Counted from the first letter of the stretch, positions 26,563 through 34,794 are shown. The stretch: 64,000 nt of DNA from Chloroflexota bacterium (GCA_027310565.1 DAIDAP010000032.1:51611-115610), one strand, 5' to 3'. Notes: generated by a model from the sequence alone, not told the origin. Made by a program: numbers and translations.

Positions 26563-27174
26563 ATGCTGCGACGGCTGCGGTTCGCGCTGCTGTACCTCTT
26601 CGGACGGCCGCGCTGGGACACCGGGGTGAGCCCGCCCGAGCTCGTCGCGTACGTCGCGGCGACCCCGCCCGGCCGCGCGCTCGACCTCGGCTGCGGCACC
26701 GGCACGAACGTGGTCCATCTCGCCGAGCACGGCTGGGACGCGGTCGGCGTGGACTTCGTCCCGCGCGCCATCGCACGCGCGAAGCGGCGCGCGCGGGACG
26801 CGGCGGTCGCCGGTCGCGCGCGCTTCCTCGTCGCCGACGTGACGCGGCTGCCCGATCTCGGCGCGCCGTTCGACCTCGCGCTCGACATGGGCTGCCTGCA
26901 CTCCCTGCCGCGCGAGCGGCGTCCCGCGTACGCGCGCGGGCTCGTCGAGCGCCTGCGCCCCGGAGCGACGTACCTGCTCTACGCGTTCTGCCCGCCCGAC
27001 GCCTTCGGCGTCCCCCGGGAGGACGTGGAGCGGCTCTTCGCGCCGGCGCTGCGTCTCGAGTCGTTCGAGCCGGGAGCGGGCCGGCCTTCGGCCTGGTACC
27101 GCTTCCGGGTCCGAACGGCCCCTCCCCCGCCCAGCCCCGCACCGGCATCGGACCTCGCCGTCGACGGCGCGTGA
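26563..27174 (+). CDS. Class I SAM-dependent methyltransferase
   Basis: Motif I ALDLGCGTGTNVVHLAE. Confidence 0.75.
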   Translation: MLRRLRFALLYLFGRPRWDTGVSPPELVAYVAATPPGRALDLGCGTGTNVVHLAEHGWDAVGVDFVPRAIARAKRRARDAAVAGRARFLVADVTRLPDLGAPFDLALDMGCLHSLPRERRPAYARGLVERLRPGATYLLYAFCPPDAFGVPREDVERLFAPALRLESFEPGAGRPSAWYRFRVRTAPPPPSPAPASDLAVDGA

Positions 27175-27229
27175 TTCGTCGTCGACGGCCCGCCGGCGGT
27201 GGCGCCGCTCCGGCCGCCGCGGCTCCAGC

Positions 27230-28585
27230 TCAGAGCTGCCCGGTGGAGGTGCCCCAGCGCTCGATGCGCGCGAGGTACGCGGGATCGGCGTAGCGGCTGA
27301 GGAGGAACGCCGGCGCGTGATCCGGGAGCGGCACCCCGGTGAGGTGATCCGCGAGCAGCGACGCGGCCCCCGCCGCGGCCATGATCCCGAAGCCGCCGAA
27401 GGCGCAGTCGGCGTACAGCCCGCGCACCGGCAGCGGTCCGACGAGCGGCCGGTTCTCGCGCGTCTTGGTGTAGTAGCCGCCGTCGATGACCGGCTTCGGC
27501 GTGCGGCCGACGTAGCGCGACAGCGCCGGCACCATGCGCACGAGGCCGCGCAGGCAGATCTCCGCGTACGACGGGTCGAAGGCGGGCGGCCACACCGGCT
27601 CGGCGGTGCGGTCCTCGTACCCCCAGATGAGCAGGAGCGCGTCGCTCGCGGGCCCGCCCTCCGGCCGCAGGTGCGCGCCGGGCGGGAAGACGCGCTCGAG
27701 CCACTCGGCGCGCTCGCCACCCAGGCGGCGGCGCTCGTCGTCCGACAGGTAGAGCCGCTGCGGGTCGATCCAGATGAGGAACGGGGCACCGCGTGGCACC
27801 GCCTGCTCGGTGTCGCGGAACGCGACCTTGGCGTGCAGCTCGCTGTGCAGCGGCAGGTCGCAGCCCGCGGTGCGCGCAAGCTCGCCCGCGTACGGCCCGG
27901 CGGCGTCCACCACGCGCTCCGCCGCGACCGTGCCGGCCGACGTGCGCACGGAGCGGACGGCGCCGGCGGCGACCTCGATCTCCTCGGCGCGCGCGCGGAG
28001 GAAGCGCAGGCCCGCCGCGCGAGCGCGCTCGAGCAGGTACATCCCGAGCTGCTGCGCGCTCATCCACCCGCAGCGCCGCGCGTGGAGGACGGCCAGCGTG
28101 TCCGCGGCGAGGTACGGGAACCGGCGCCGGACGAGCGGACCGCCGAGCAGCAGGTCGGCGCCGGTGAGCGAGGCGTCCACGCCGTCGGGCGCGCTCGGCA
28201 CGTACGCCGCGTCGTCGCCCTGGTGGACCCGCAGCGGACCCGCGCCGAAGCCCGAGATCCCCTCCGACTCGCGCCGCAGCCCGTCGATCCTCGCGGGGTC
28301 CGCGGTGGCGAAGACGTAGCCGCGGCGCGTGAGGTGGAAGGCGTTCCCCGACTCCTCGGCGAGCGCCTCGAGCCGGTCGATGCTCGCGTTCATGAGCGCG
28401 ACCATCGCGCCGTCCGGCCCCGGCCACCAGTTGCGGTAGCACTCCGTCGACTTGTCGCTCGTCAGCGTGAGCGGCGCGCGCTCGTCCACGAGGACCACGT
28501 CGCGCAGGCCGCGCCGCACGACGAGCTCGTGCGCGGCCGCGACGCCGGCGATGCCCGCGCCGACGACGACGACCGACGCCGTCAG
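27230..28585 (-). CDS. FAD-dependent oxidoreductase (DAO family); probable CTG start
   Basis: Rossmann VVVVGAGIAGVAAAHEL lies 5 codons after CTG 28585. GGAGG lies 6 nt upstream. No ATG/GTG/TTG is positioned so that the Rossmann motif stays near the N-terminus. Confidence 0.75.
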   Translation of the reverse strand: MTASVVVVGAGIAGVAAAHELVVRRGLRDVVLVDERAPLTLTSDKSTECYRNWWPGPDGAMVALMNASIDRLEALAEESGNAFHLTRRGYVFATADPARIDGLRRESEGISGFGAGPLRVHQGDDAAYVPSAPDGVDASLTGADLLLGGPLVRRRFPYLAADTLAVLHARRCGWMSAQQLGMYLLERARAAGLRFLRARAEEIEVAAGAVRSVRTSAGTVAAERVVDAAGPYAGELARTAGCDLPLHSELHAKVAFRDTEQAVPRGAPFLIWIDPQRLYLSDDERRRLGGERAEWLERVFPPGAHLRPEGGPASDALLLIWGYEDRTAEPVWPPAFDPSYAEICLRGLVRMVPALSRYVGRTPKPVIDGGYYTKTRENRPLVGPLPVRGLYADCAFGGFGIMAAAGAASLLADHLTGVPLPDHAPAFLLSRYADPAYLARIERWGTSTGQL

Positions 28586-30693
28586 GCGGCGCCTCCACGC
28601 AACGCCGCGAGGACCTTCTCCGCGCTGATCGGCAGCGTGAGCACGCGCGCTCCGGCGTCGGCCACGGCGTTCGCGACGGCGCCGACGACCGCGGGGTTCG
28701 CCAGCTCGCCGACGGACTTCGCCCCGAACGGACCGGGGCCCGGCGCGTCGGTGAGCAGGACCAGACGCAGCGGCGGCACGTCGGCGATCGACGGGATCTT
28801 GTACTCCCCGAAGCTCGCGGTCACGACGCGCCCGCCCACGATGGCCAGCTCCTCCATGAGCGCCTGTCCGAGGCCGAAGGCGAACCCGCCCTCGAGCTGG
28901 CCGCGCACCGCCACCGGGTTGATGACCGTCCCCACGTCCGCGACGAGCGTCGCGTCGACGACGCGGAAGGCTCCGGTCTCGCGGTCGAGCTCGACCTCGA
29001 CGGCGTACGCGTAGCTCCCGAACATGTGCGCGGTCTGGTCCGCGCTGCCGACGACGCGGATCGGCGGCGCGGCACCGGCGTCCCGCGCGGCCGCGAGCTT
29101 CCGCGCCCCGTCGAGCGCGGCGTTCCCGTGCACCATCGTGACGCGGCTGCCGCCGACGCCCGGATCGACCGGCGAGCGCGCCGTGTCCACCTGCTCGACG
29201 CGGACCCGCTCCGGCGCGATCGCGAGCTCCCGCGCGACGACGCGCCCGATCATGGTGAGCGCGCCGCCGCCCTGGTCGGTCACGCCGCTGCGCACGACGA
29301 CGTCGCCGCGCTCGTCGAGCGTCAGCTCCAGCGAGGTCTTCCCCCGCCCGACGTGGCGCGCGCCGAGCGCGACGCCGCGCCCATGGCCGGGCGGGAGCGG
29401 TCGTCCCCAGCCCGACGCGCGCCGCAGCTCCGCCAGGACGCGCGGCATCTCGGACGCGTGCCACTCGTCGCCGTGCACGTCGACGTCGCCGGCGCGGATC
29501 GCGTTGCGCTCGCGCAGCTCGAGCGGGTCGACGCCCAGCTCGCGCGCGATGAGGTCCAGGTGAGACTCGGCCGCGAACGAGTTCTGCGGCTGGCCGGGCG
29601 CGCGGTCGTGCCCCGCGGGCAGGTGGTTCGTGTAGGCGCAGGTCGCCTCCACGCGCGCCGCCGGGACGCGGTAGCCGGCGAGCGTGGCCATCGCCTCGCC
29701 GGGCATGAGGAACGGGATCGGCTTGCCGGCCGCGTACGCGCCGCCGTCGAAGCGCACACGCGCCTCGTGCGCGGTGATGCGCCCGTCGCGGTCGACGCCG
29801 GTGCGCAGGCGGATGCGCGCGCCGTGTCGCGTGTTGGAGATCTGGAGCTCGTCGGCGTAGCGCAGCACCGAGCGCACCGGGCGGCCGGTCACGCGCGCGA
29901 GGAAGTACAGCGGCCACTCGTCGAGCGAGAGTCCCTTCCCGCCGAAATCGCCGCCGACGTGGGGCGTGTGGACGACGATGGCGTCCTCCGCGACGCCGGC
30001 GACCGCCGCGAGCTGCGCCCGCAGCGAGAACGGCGCCTTGTTCGTGGTGACGACGTGCACCGTGGCGCCGTCGATCCACACGAGCGCCGCGCGCGGCTCC
30101 AGATAGGCGTGGTGCACCGGAGGCAGCGCGAGCTCGTGCTCGAAGACGCGCGCCGCGGCGGCGAAGCCGGCGGCGGGGTCGCCGTGCTCGTGGACCTGGT
30201 GGCCCTGCGCGTTCGGGTGCGGCACCGGCGGCCTGGTCACGCCGAGCATGCGGTAGTCCGCCGCGTCGGGATGGATGAGCGGCGCGCCGGGCGCGAGCGC
30301 GGCGTCCATGTCGAACACCGCCGGCAGCTCCTCGTACGTCACGTCGACGAGCGCCGCGGCCCGCTCGGCGGCCTCCGGCGTGTCGGCCGCGACCGCCGCG
30401 ACGCGGTCGCCGATGAAGCGCACGCGGTCCCAGGCGAGCACGGGCCAGTCCAGGAGGCGGCGGCCGAAGCGCGCCGGGCGGACGTCCGCGCCGGTCAGCA
30501 CCGCGCGCACGCCGGGCACCGCGCGCGCCGCCGCCGTGTCCACCGCCAGGACCCGCGCGTGCGGGTACGGGCTGCCGGCGAACGCGGCGTGGAGCATCCC
30601 CTCGCGGGCGGCGTCGGCCGCGTAGCGCGCCGTCCCGGTGACCTTCTCGCGGCCCTCGACGCGGCGCTCGGGCGTCCGAAGCACGTCGGTCAT
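28582..30693 (-). CDS. Xanthine dehydrogenase/aldehyde oxidase-family molybdopterin-binding large subunit
   Basis: HVGGDFGGKG, AYTNHLPAGHDRAPGQPQ, GAKSVGELANP motifs. ATGA overlap with coxG. Confidence 0.85.
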   Translation of the reverse strand: MTDVLRTPERRVEGREKVTGTARYAADAAREGMLHAAFAGSPYPHARVLAVDTAAARAVPGVRAVLTGADVRPARFGRRLLDWPVLAWDRVRFIGDRVAAVAADTPEAAERAAALVDVTYEELPAVFDMDAALAPGAPLIHPDAADYRMLGVTRPPVPHPNAQGHQVHEHGDPAAGFAAAARVFEHELALPPVHHAYLEPRAALVWIDGATVHVVTTNKAPFSLRAQLAAVAGVAEDAIVVHTPHVGGDFGGKGLSLDEWPLYFLARVTGRPVRSVLRYADELQISNTRHGARIRLRTGVDRDGRITAHEARVRFDGGAYAAGKPIPFLMPGEAMATLAGYRVPAARVEATCAYTNHLPAGHDRAPGQPQNSFAAESHLDLIARELGVDPLELRERNAIRAGDVDVHGDEWHASEMPRVLAELRRASGWGRPLPPGHGRGVALGARHVGRGKTSLELTLDERGDVVVRSGVTDQGGGALTMIGRVVARELAIAPERVRVEQVDTARSPVDPGVGGSRVTMVHGNAALDGARKLAAARDAGAAPPIRVVGSADQTAHMFGSYAYAVEVELDRETGAFRVVDATLVADVGTVINPVAVRGQLEGGFAFGLGQALMEELAIVGGRVVTASFGEYKIPSIADVPPLRLVLLTDAPGPGPFGAKSVGELANPAVVGAVANAVADAGARVLTLPISAEKVLAALRGGAA

Positions 30694-31133
30694 GCCGCCG
30701 TCCTGGCCAGACACGCGCCGAACTCGCGCAGGAGCTGGTCGGCCTTGCGCTGGATCAGCGGCTGCCCGAGCTCGCCGATCCGCCCGGCGACCTGCAGGTC
30801 GCTCTCGATCCGCAGCGCACAGCCCTCGCCGGCGCGCGCGAGCGCGATCTCGACGCTGGCATGCACGGATCCCCCGAGGCGCGCCTCCTTCGCGTCGGCG
30901 CGCAGCGTCGCCCGGTGCGCGGCGTCGTCGCGCGCGACGATCGCGACCTCGCCGGAGAACGACAGGCGGACGGGTCCGACCTGCACCGCGAGGTCGCCAC
31001 GGAAGCGGTCCTCGCCGGCGCCGCTCACGCCGCTCACGCCGGGCACGCACGCGGCGGCGCGCGGCACGTCCATCACCACCGTCCAGACCCGCTCGACCGG
31101 TACGGGCACCGTCGACGAGTGCGCGAGCTTCAT
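30690..31133 (-). CDS. CoxG-like SRPBCC protein
   Basis: MKLAHSSTVPVPVERVWTVVMDVPRAAACVPG... ATGA overlaps at both ends. Confidence 0.7.
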   Translation of the reverse strand: MKLAHSSTVPVPVERVWTVVMDVPRAAACVPGVSGVSGAGEDRFRGDLAVQVGPVRLSFSGEVAIVARDDAAHRATLRADAKEARLGGSVHASVEIALARAGEGCALRIESDLQVAGRIGELGQPLIQRKADQLLREFGACLARTAA

Positions 31134-31981
31134 GCGACGAGCGACCGCAGCGCGCGCTCGGTCCACACACGCGCCATCTCGCGCTTGTACGCGGCGCTCC
31201 CGCGGACGTCGTCGATCGGATCGGCCGCGTCGCGCGCCAGCGCCGCCGCCTCCGCGATGCGCGCGGCGTCGGGGGCGGCGCCGCGCAGCGCGTCCTCGGC
31301 CGACGTGGCGCGGATGGGCGTCGGCCCGACGGCGCCGAGCACGACGCGGACGTCGGCCACGCGGCCGTCCTCGGACCGGCGGAGCGTCGCCGCGACCGAC
31401 ACGGTCGCGTAGTCGTCGGCGGTCCGCGGCAGGAACTTGACGTAGGCGGCGCGCGTCCCGGGCGCGAGCGCCGGCACCCGCACCGCGGTGATCAGCTCGC
31501 CGGGGGCGAGCGAGGTCGTGAGCACGTCGACGAAGAGCTCCGCGAGCGGGATCTCCCGCGTGCCGCCCGGCGACACGGCGGTCACGGCGGCGTCGAGCGC
31601 CAGGAGCATCGCGGGCGGATCCTGCGCGGGATCGGCGTGCGCGAGGTTGCCCCCGACGGTCGCCTGGTTGCGCACGCGGACCGTCGCGACCGACGCGAAC
31701 GCGCGCGCGAGCGCGGCGCAGTGCCGCGCGACGAGCGGCGAGCGCTCGGCCTCCCGGTGCGTCGCCGTCGCGCCGATGACGAGCGCTCCGCCGTCGTCGC
31801 GGATGCCGCCGAGCGACCGGACGCGCCGCAGCCCCACGACGTGCGACGGCCGCAGCAGGCCCTGCCGGTAGAGCAGCATGAAGGCCGTCGCGCCGGCGAC
31901 GGCGTGCGCGTCGTCGCCGTGGCGCGCGAGCAGGGCGAGCGCCTCGTCGAGCTCGCTCGGCTCGTGGTACGCGTAGCTCAC
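31130..31981 (-). CDS. FAD-binding medium subunit of the molybdoenzyme (CoxM/XdhB-like)
   Basis: AVAGATAFMLLYRQGLLRP...VRNQATVGGNLAHADPAQD...DDVRGSAAYKREM. GTGA overlap with the small subunit. Confidence 0.85.
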   Translation of the reverse strand: MSYAYHEPSELDEALALLARHGDDAHAVAGATAFMLLYRQGLLRPSHVVGLRRVRSLGGIRDDGGALVIGATATHREAERSPLVARHCAALARAFASVATVRVRNQATVGGNLAHADPAQDPPAMLLALDAAVTAVSPGGTREIPLAELFVDVLTTSLAPGELITAVRVPALAPGTRAAYVKFLPRTADDYATVSVAATLRRSEDGRVADVRVVLGAVGPTPIRATSAEDALRGAAPDAARIAEAAALARDAADPIDDVRGSAAYKREMARVWTERALRSLVA

Positions 31982-32442
31982 CCGCCCGCCGCCTTGCGGA
32001 TGGCGCGCCGGATGCCGGCGTAGCCCGTGCAGCGGCAGAGGCTGCCCGTCATCCACTCGTCGATCTCGGCGTCGGTCGGGCGCGGGCGCTCGGCGAGGAG
32101 GGCGGCGGCCGCGACGATCTGCCCGGGCGTGCAGATACCGCACTGGAAGCCGCCCTCGCTGATGAAGGCCTCCTGGAGCGGCGCGAGCGTACCGCCGCGC
32201 GCGATGCCCTCGATGGTCGTGATGGAGGCGCCGTCCGCGAAGACCGCCGGGTACAGGCAGGCCGAGACGAGCGCGCCGTCGACCAGCACGCCGCACACGC
32301 CGCACACGCCGACCGAGCAGCCCTCCTTCGTACCGGTGAGACGGAGGTCGTCGCGCAGCACGTCCACGAGCCGGCGGTCGTCGGCGACGCGCACCTCGCG
32401 CGGCTCGCCGTTCACGGTGAAGCGCAGCAGCCGCTCGGTCAC
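31978..32442 (-). CDS. (2Fe-2S)-binding small subunit of the molybdoenzyme
   Basis: GCSVGVCGVCGV... and CGICTPG...CRCTGY cluster motifs. Confidence 0.9.
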   Translation of the reverse strand: MTERLLRFTVNGEPREVRVADDRRLVDVLRDDLRLTGTKEGCSVGVCGVCGVLVDGALVSACLYPAVFADGASITTIEGIARGGTLAPLQEAFISEGGFQCGICTPGQIVAAAALLAERPRPTDAEIDEWMTGSLCRCTGYAGIRRAIRKAAGG

Positions 32443-32612
32443 GCGCGCAGCCGGTAGCGCGACAGCGCAGCCTCGACCTCGAGGGGCGAGACCCAGAGCC
32501 CGCTGACGCGGAGCATGTCGTCGGAGCGTCCCAGGTGGGTGAAGCGGCCCTCCCCGTCGTCACAGTAGCGGTCGCCGGTGACGGGCGCGTGGAGCCCTCG
32601 CTTCGCTGCGCG
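32440..32612 (-). pseudogene. Relic of a benzoate-CoA-ligase-family adenylating enzyme (57 codons, no start, premature end)
   Basis: Minus-strand frame reads ...PVTGDRYCDDGEGRFTHLGRSDDMLRVSGLWVSPLEVEAALSRYRLRA*, bounded upstream by an in-frame TAG. Confidence 0.6.
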
Positions 32613-32615
32613 GCG

Positions 32616-33104
32616 CTAGACCAGGCCCGCGAGCACCCGATCGAGAGCGGCGAAGCTCTCGTTCATCCCGGTCTCCATGCCCGACCGGAGCATCCCGTCA
32701 CGCTCCTCCTTCGTGTAGAAGAGGGACGTCTCGACCAGACGCGTGCGCCCGTCGTCCAGATCGTCGAGGGTCACGGTCGTCCGGCACGGGGACGCCGGCA
32801 TGCCGTCCCACTCGAAGGTGTGGACGATGCGCTCCCGCGGCGTGATCTCGCCGTAGCGCCCCTCGAATCCGTCGACTCCACCGTCGTGATGCTCGACGTA
32901 CCGCCAGTGGCCTCCCGGTCGAAGGTCCATCTCGACGTCGAGCTGATGTCCGCGGCCCCACCACCTCGCGACGAGGTCGGGCTCGGTGATCGCCCGCCAC
33001 ACCGTGCTCCGCGGTGCCGCGAACGTCCGCTCGACGCGCACCTCCCGCGCCGTCGGGGTCGTCACCGTCGCGCGTGTCGTCGATCCCGCCGTCCTGGCTG
33101 CCAT
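32616..33104 (-). CDS. SRPBCC/AHSA1 (Aha1-like) domain protein
   Basis: REVRVERTFAAPRSTVWRAITEPDLVARWWG...GGHWRY... Confidence 0.75.
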   Translation of the reverse strand: MAARTAGSTTRATVTTPTAREVRVERTFAAPRSTVWRAITEPDLVARWWGRGHQLDVEMDLRPGGHWRYVEHHDGGVDGFEGRYGEITPRERIVHTFEWDGMPASPCRTTVTLDDLDDGRTRLVETSLFYTKEERDGMLRSGMETGMNESFAALDRVLAGLV

Positions 33105-33304
33105 CAGCGGTCTCCCTTCTTTCCGTCACGTTCTACGAGCGCGGCGAGCCGGTCCAGACGGTCCTCCACCATCTGCGAGTAGCGGGCCAGCCACGCCGCC
33201 TCCTCGTCGAGGCGCCTCCGTCCGAGGCTGCAGCGGCGGACCCGCCCGACCTTGCGCGTCGCGACGAGCCCGGAGCGCTCGAGCAGGGCGACGTGCTTCT
33301 TCAT
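33104..33304 (-). CDS. ArsR/SmtB-type wHTH fragment (C-terminal two thirds; no canonical start for a full-length protein)
   Basis: KKHVALLERSGLVATRKVGRVRRCSL. The frame stays open upstream (…ASGDPRAS…) to an in-frame TGA near 33445-33447, without ATG/GTG/TTG, and overlaps the upstream gene end. Confidence 0.45.
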   Translation of the reverse strand: MKKHVALLERSGLVATRKVGRVRRCSLGRRRLDEEAAWLARYSQMVEDRLDRLAALVERDGKKGDR

Positions 33305-33395
33305 GAGGACCGCGAAGGACGAATCGATGCGCGCGGATCCGTCAAGCGTCGATCCGCCCTCGAAGGTGGATGCGCGTGGATCCCCGGACGCGACG

Positions 33396-34736
33396 CTAGG
33401 GGTTGACCCGCTCCCCGCCGCCGCTCGGACCCTCGGGCACGTCGATCACCCAGCGGACCGACTTGCTGCACGGGCAGGTGCCGCCGACGCGCGCGAGGCG
33501 CGGCATCGACGCGACCGCCTTCTTCAGCTCGATCGTCCCGCCCGCCACGCCGCGCTGCATCTCCATCCAATGCTTGGTGTCGATCGACGCGCGGTAGGCC
33601 TGCGGAAGGTGCTCCAGGCAATGCGCGATGTACTCCTCGACGTCGGTGAGCTCCTCACCGTCGAAGCCGATCATCTGGAACGCCGGCTCGCCGCGCCGGC
33701 GGAAGAAGCGGCGGTCCGGGAGGCGGAGCAGGTCGTCGCGCGTGATGCCCTCGACCGTGTCGCCCTTCGTGATGCGCTCGTACGCCGCGTCGGCCTCGTC
33801 GCGCGAGCGGTGCGGGAGCTTCGCGCGCACGTAGCGCGTGTTGATGTCGTCGAGCATCTTCACGCACTCAGCGACGTACAGGTCCTGGGCCTCGCGGTTC
33901 GCCATGTCCTTGAGGCCGAGCTTCACGTTCGTCTGGCCGCCGCGCTCGTCGCCGAACATCTCGAGGCCCCTGGCGAACCACTTGTTCACCATCTTCTGGA
34001 TGGTCGCGACGTCCATGGCGGCGTTGCGGTCCCTGGCCGCGGCCTCCATCCAGCGCCGCATCGGGATGACGCCGGCGGCGAGGTGGAAGGCCTCCTCGCG
34101 CAGCATCGGCGGCATCGAGGCGGCCATCGGCGCGTACGCGTTCACCTTCTGCATGGTGAGCTGGTACTTCCCCACTCGGTCGATGAACGCGGCGAACACG
34201 ATGCTGTCGCCGAAGGAGTCGTACTCGAGGTTGAACGCCGCGAGCACGTGCGAGCCGGTCTGCATCGAGAGGATGTCTTCGACCATGTCCGCCGGCTTCA
34301 CGTCGGTGACGCTCGACCAGTCGGCCGACGTGAGGAGGTGGATCATCTGGTAGCCGTGGCGCAGCTCCTCGGCCATGACCCGCAGCACCCAGGTCTGGTC
34401 CTGCGGGTCGTTCGCGCGCTCGAAGGTGCCGTGGTGCTGCTGGATCGACCCGAACTCGGTGGAGGCCTGCGCGCGGATGATCGCCAGGAGCTGCTCCGCC
34501 GCGGCGGGATCCAGCTCCGCCGGGACGAGCGCCTTCGGCTGGCCCCTGTGCTCTCCGACCTGGATCTCCGTCGGCATGTCCTTCTCGATGCGCGCGCAGA
34601 GGCAGAACTCGCGGTCCTTGGGGAAGTACCGCTCCCAGCGCTTCGCGAGCTCCGGGTACTCGGGGAAGTTGTGCCGCTGCCAGTGCTCCACGGCGTCGTG
34701 GTAGGCCCTGGGGAGCATGCGGATCTCGTCGGACAT
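33396..34736 (-). CDS. BoxB-like diiron oxygenase (benzoyl-CoA oxygenase component B / PaaA-PaaC ferritin-like family)
   Basis: GEHRGQ, QASTEFGSIQQH, VMAEELRHGYQMIHLL, FIDRVGKYQL and MLREEAFHL parallel the BoxB blocks GEHKGQ, TEPASVEQQRH, VEEGRHLW, ITDRDGKFQL and MLTEEAHHL (recalled from memory). Confidence 0.6.
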   Translation of the reverse strand: MSDEIRMLPRAYHDAVEHWQRHNFPEYPELAKRWERYFPKDREFCLCARIEKDMPTEIQVGEHRGQPKALVPAELDPAAAEQLLAIIRAQASTEFGSIQQHHGTFERANDPQDQTWVLRVMAEELRHGYQMIHLLTSADWSSVTDVKPADMVEDILSMQTGSHVLAAFNLEYDSFGDSIVFAAFIDRVGKYQLTMQKVNAYAPMAASMPPMLREEAFHLAAGVIPMRRWMEAAARDRNAAMDVATIQKMVNKWFARGLEMFGDERGGQTNVKLGLKDMANREAQDLYVAECVKMLDDINTRYVRAKLPHRSRDEADAAYERITKGDTVEGITRDDLLRLPDRRFFRRRGEPAFQMIGFDGEELTDVEEYIAHCLEHLPQAYRASIDTKHWMEMQRGVAGGTIELKKAVASMPRLARVGGTCPCSKSVRWVIDVPEGPSGGGERVNP

Positions 34737-34774
34737 GCGCCTTAGAGTACCCGCACGCGTTCGACCCGCACGCC

Positions 34775-34794
34775 CCGTTCGCCATGGCGAACGG
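34775..34794 (-). terminator. Perfect 20-bp palindrome CCGTTCGCCATGGCGAACGG (8-bp stem, 4-nt loop) after the GNAT genes
   Basis: Lies between the GNAT stop (34830) and the BoxB-like start (34736). No U-tract. Confidence 0.3.

Noticed and set aside
23623-27879. 1418-aa ORF antisense to the ABC ATPase, ThDP enzyme and methyltransferase genes.
   Set aside because: Its composition is Arg/Ala/Pro/Gly-rich with no recognisable domain. It lies exactly opposite well-supported genes and is a typical high-GC shadow frame. The same applies to 16767..19640, 7788..10385, 50036..52750, 37383..39848 and many shorter listed ORFs.
27230-30079. A 949-aa ORF fusing the FAD oxidoreductase with upstream sequence.
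   Set aside because: The upstream 500 residues are a shadow of the molybdopterin subunit gene. Only the C-terminal ~450 aa, from the Rossmann motif onward, look like a real protein.
31130-31981. Calling the operon a 4-hydroxybenzoyl-CoA reductase, given the neighbouring aryl-CoA ligase relic.
   Set aside because: The FAD subunit is short (283 aa) and has no Cys-rich insertion for the extra 4Fe-4S cluster that characterises that enzyme.
28582-32442. Calling the molybdoenzyme a carbon monoxide dehydrogenase, because coxG is present.
   Set aside because: The large subunit lacks the CODH active-site loop (AYRCSFR-type). At the equivalent place it reads AYTNHLPAGHDRAPGQPQ. CoxG-like genes accompany many XDH-family operons.
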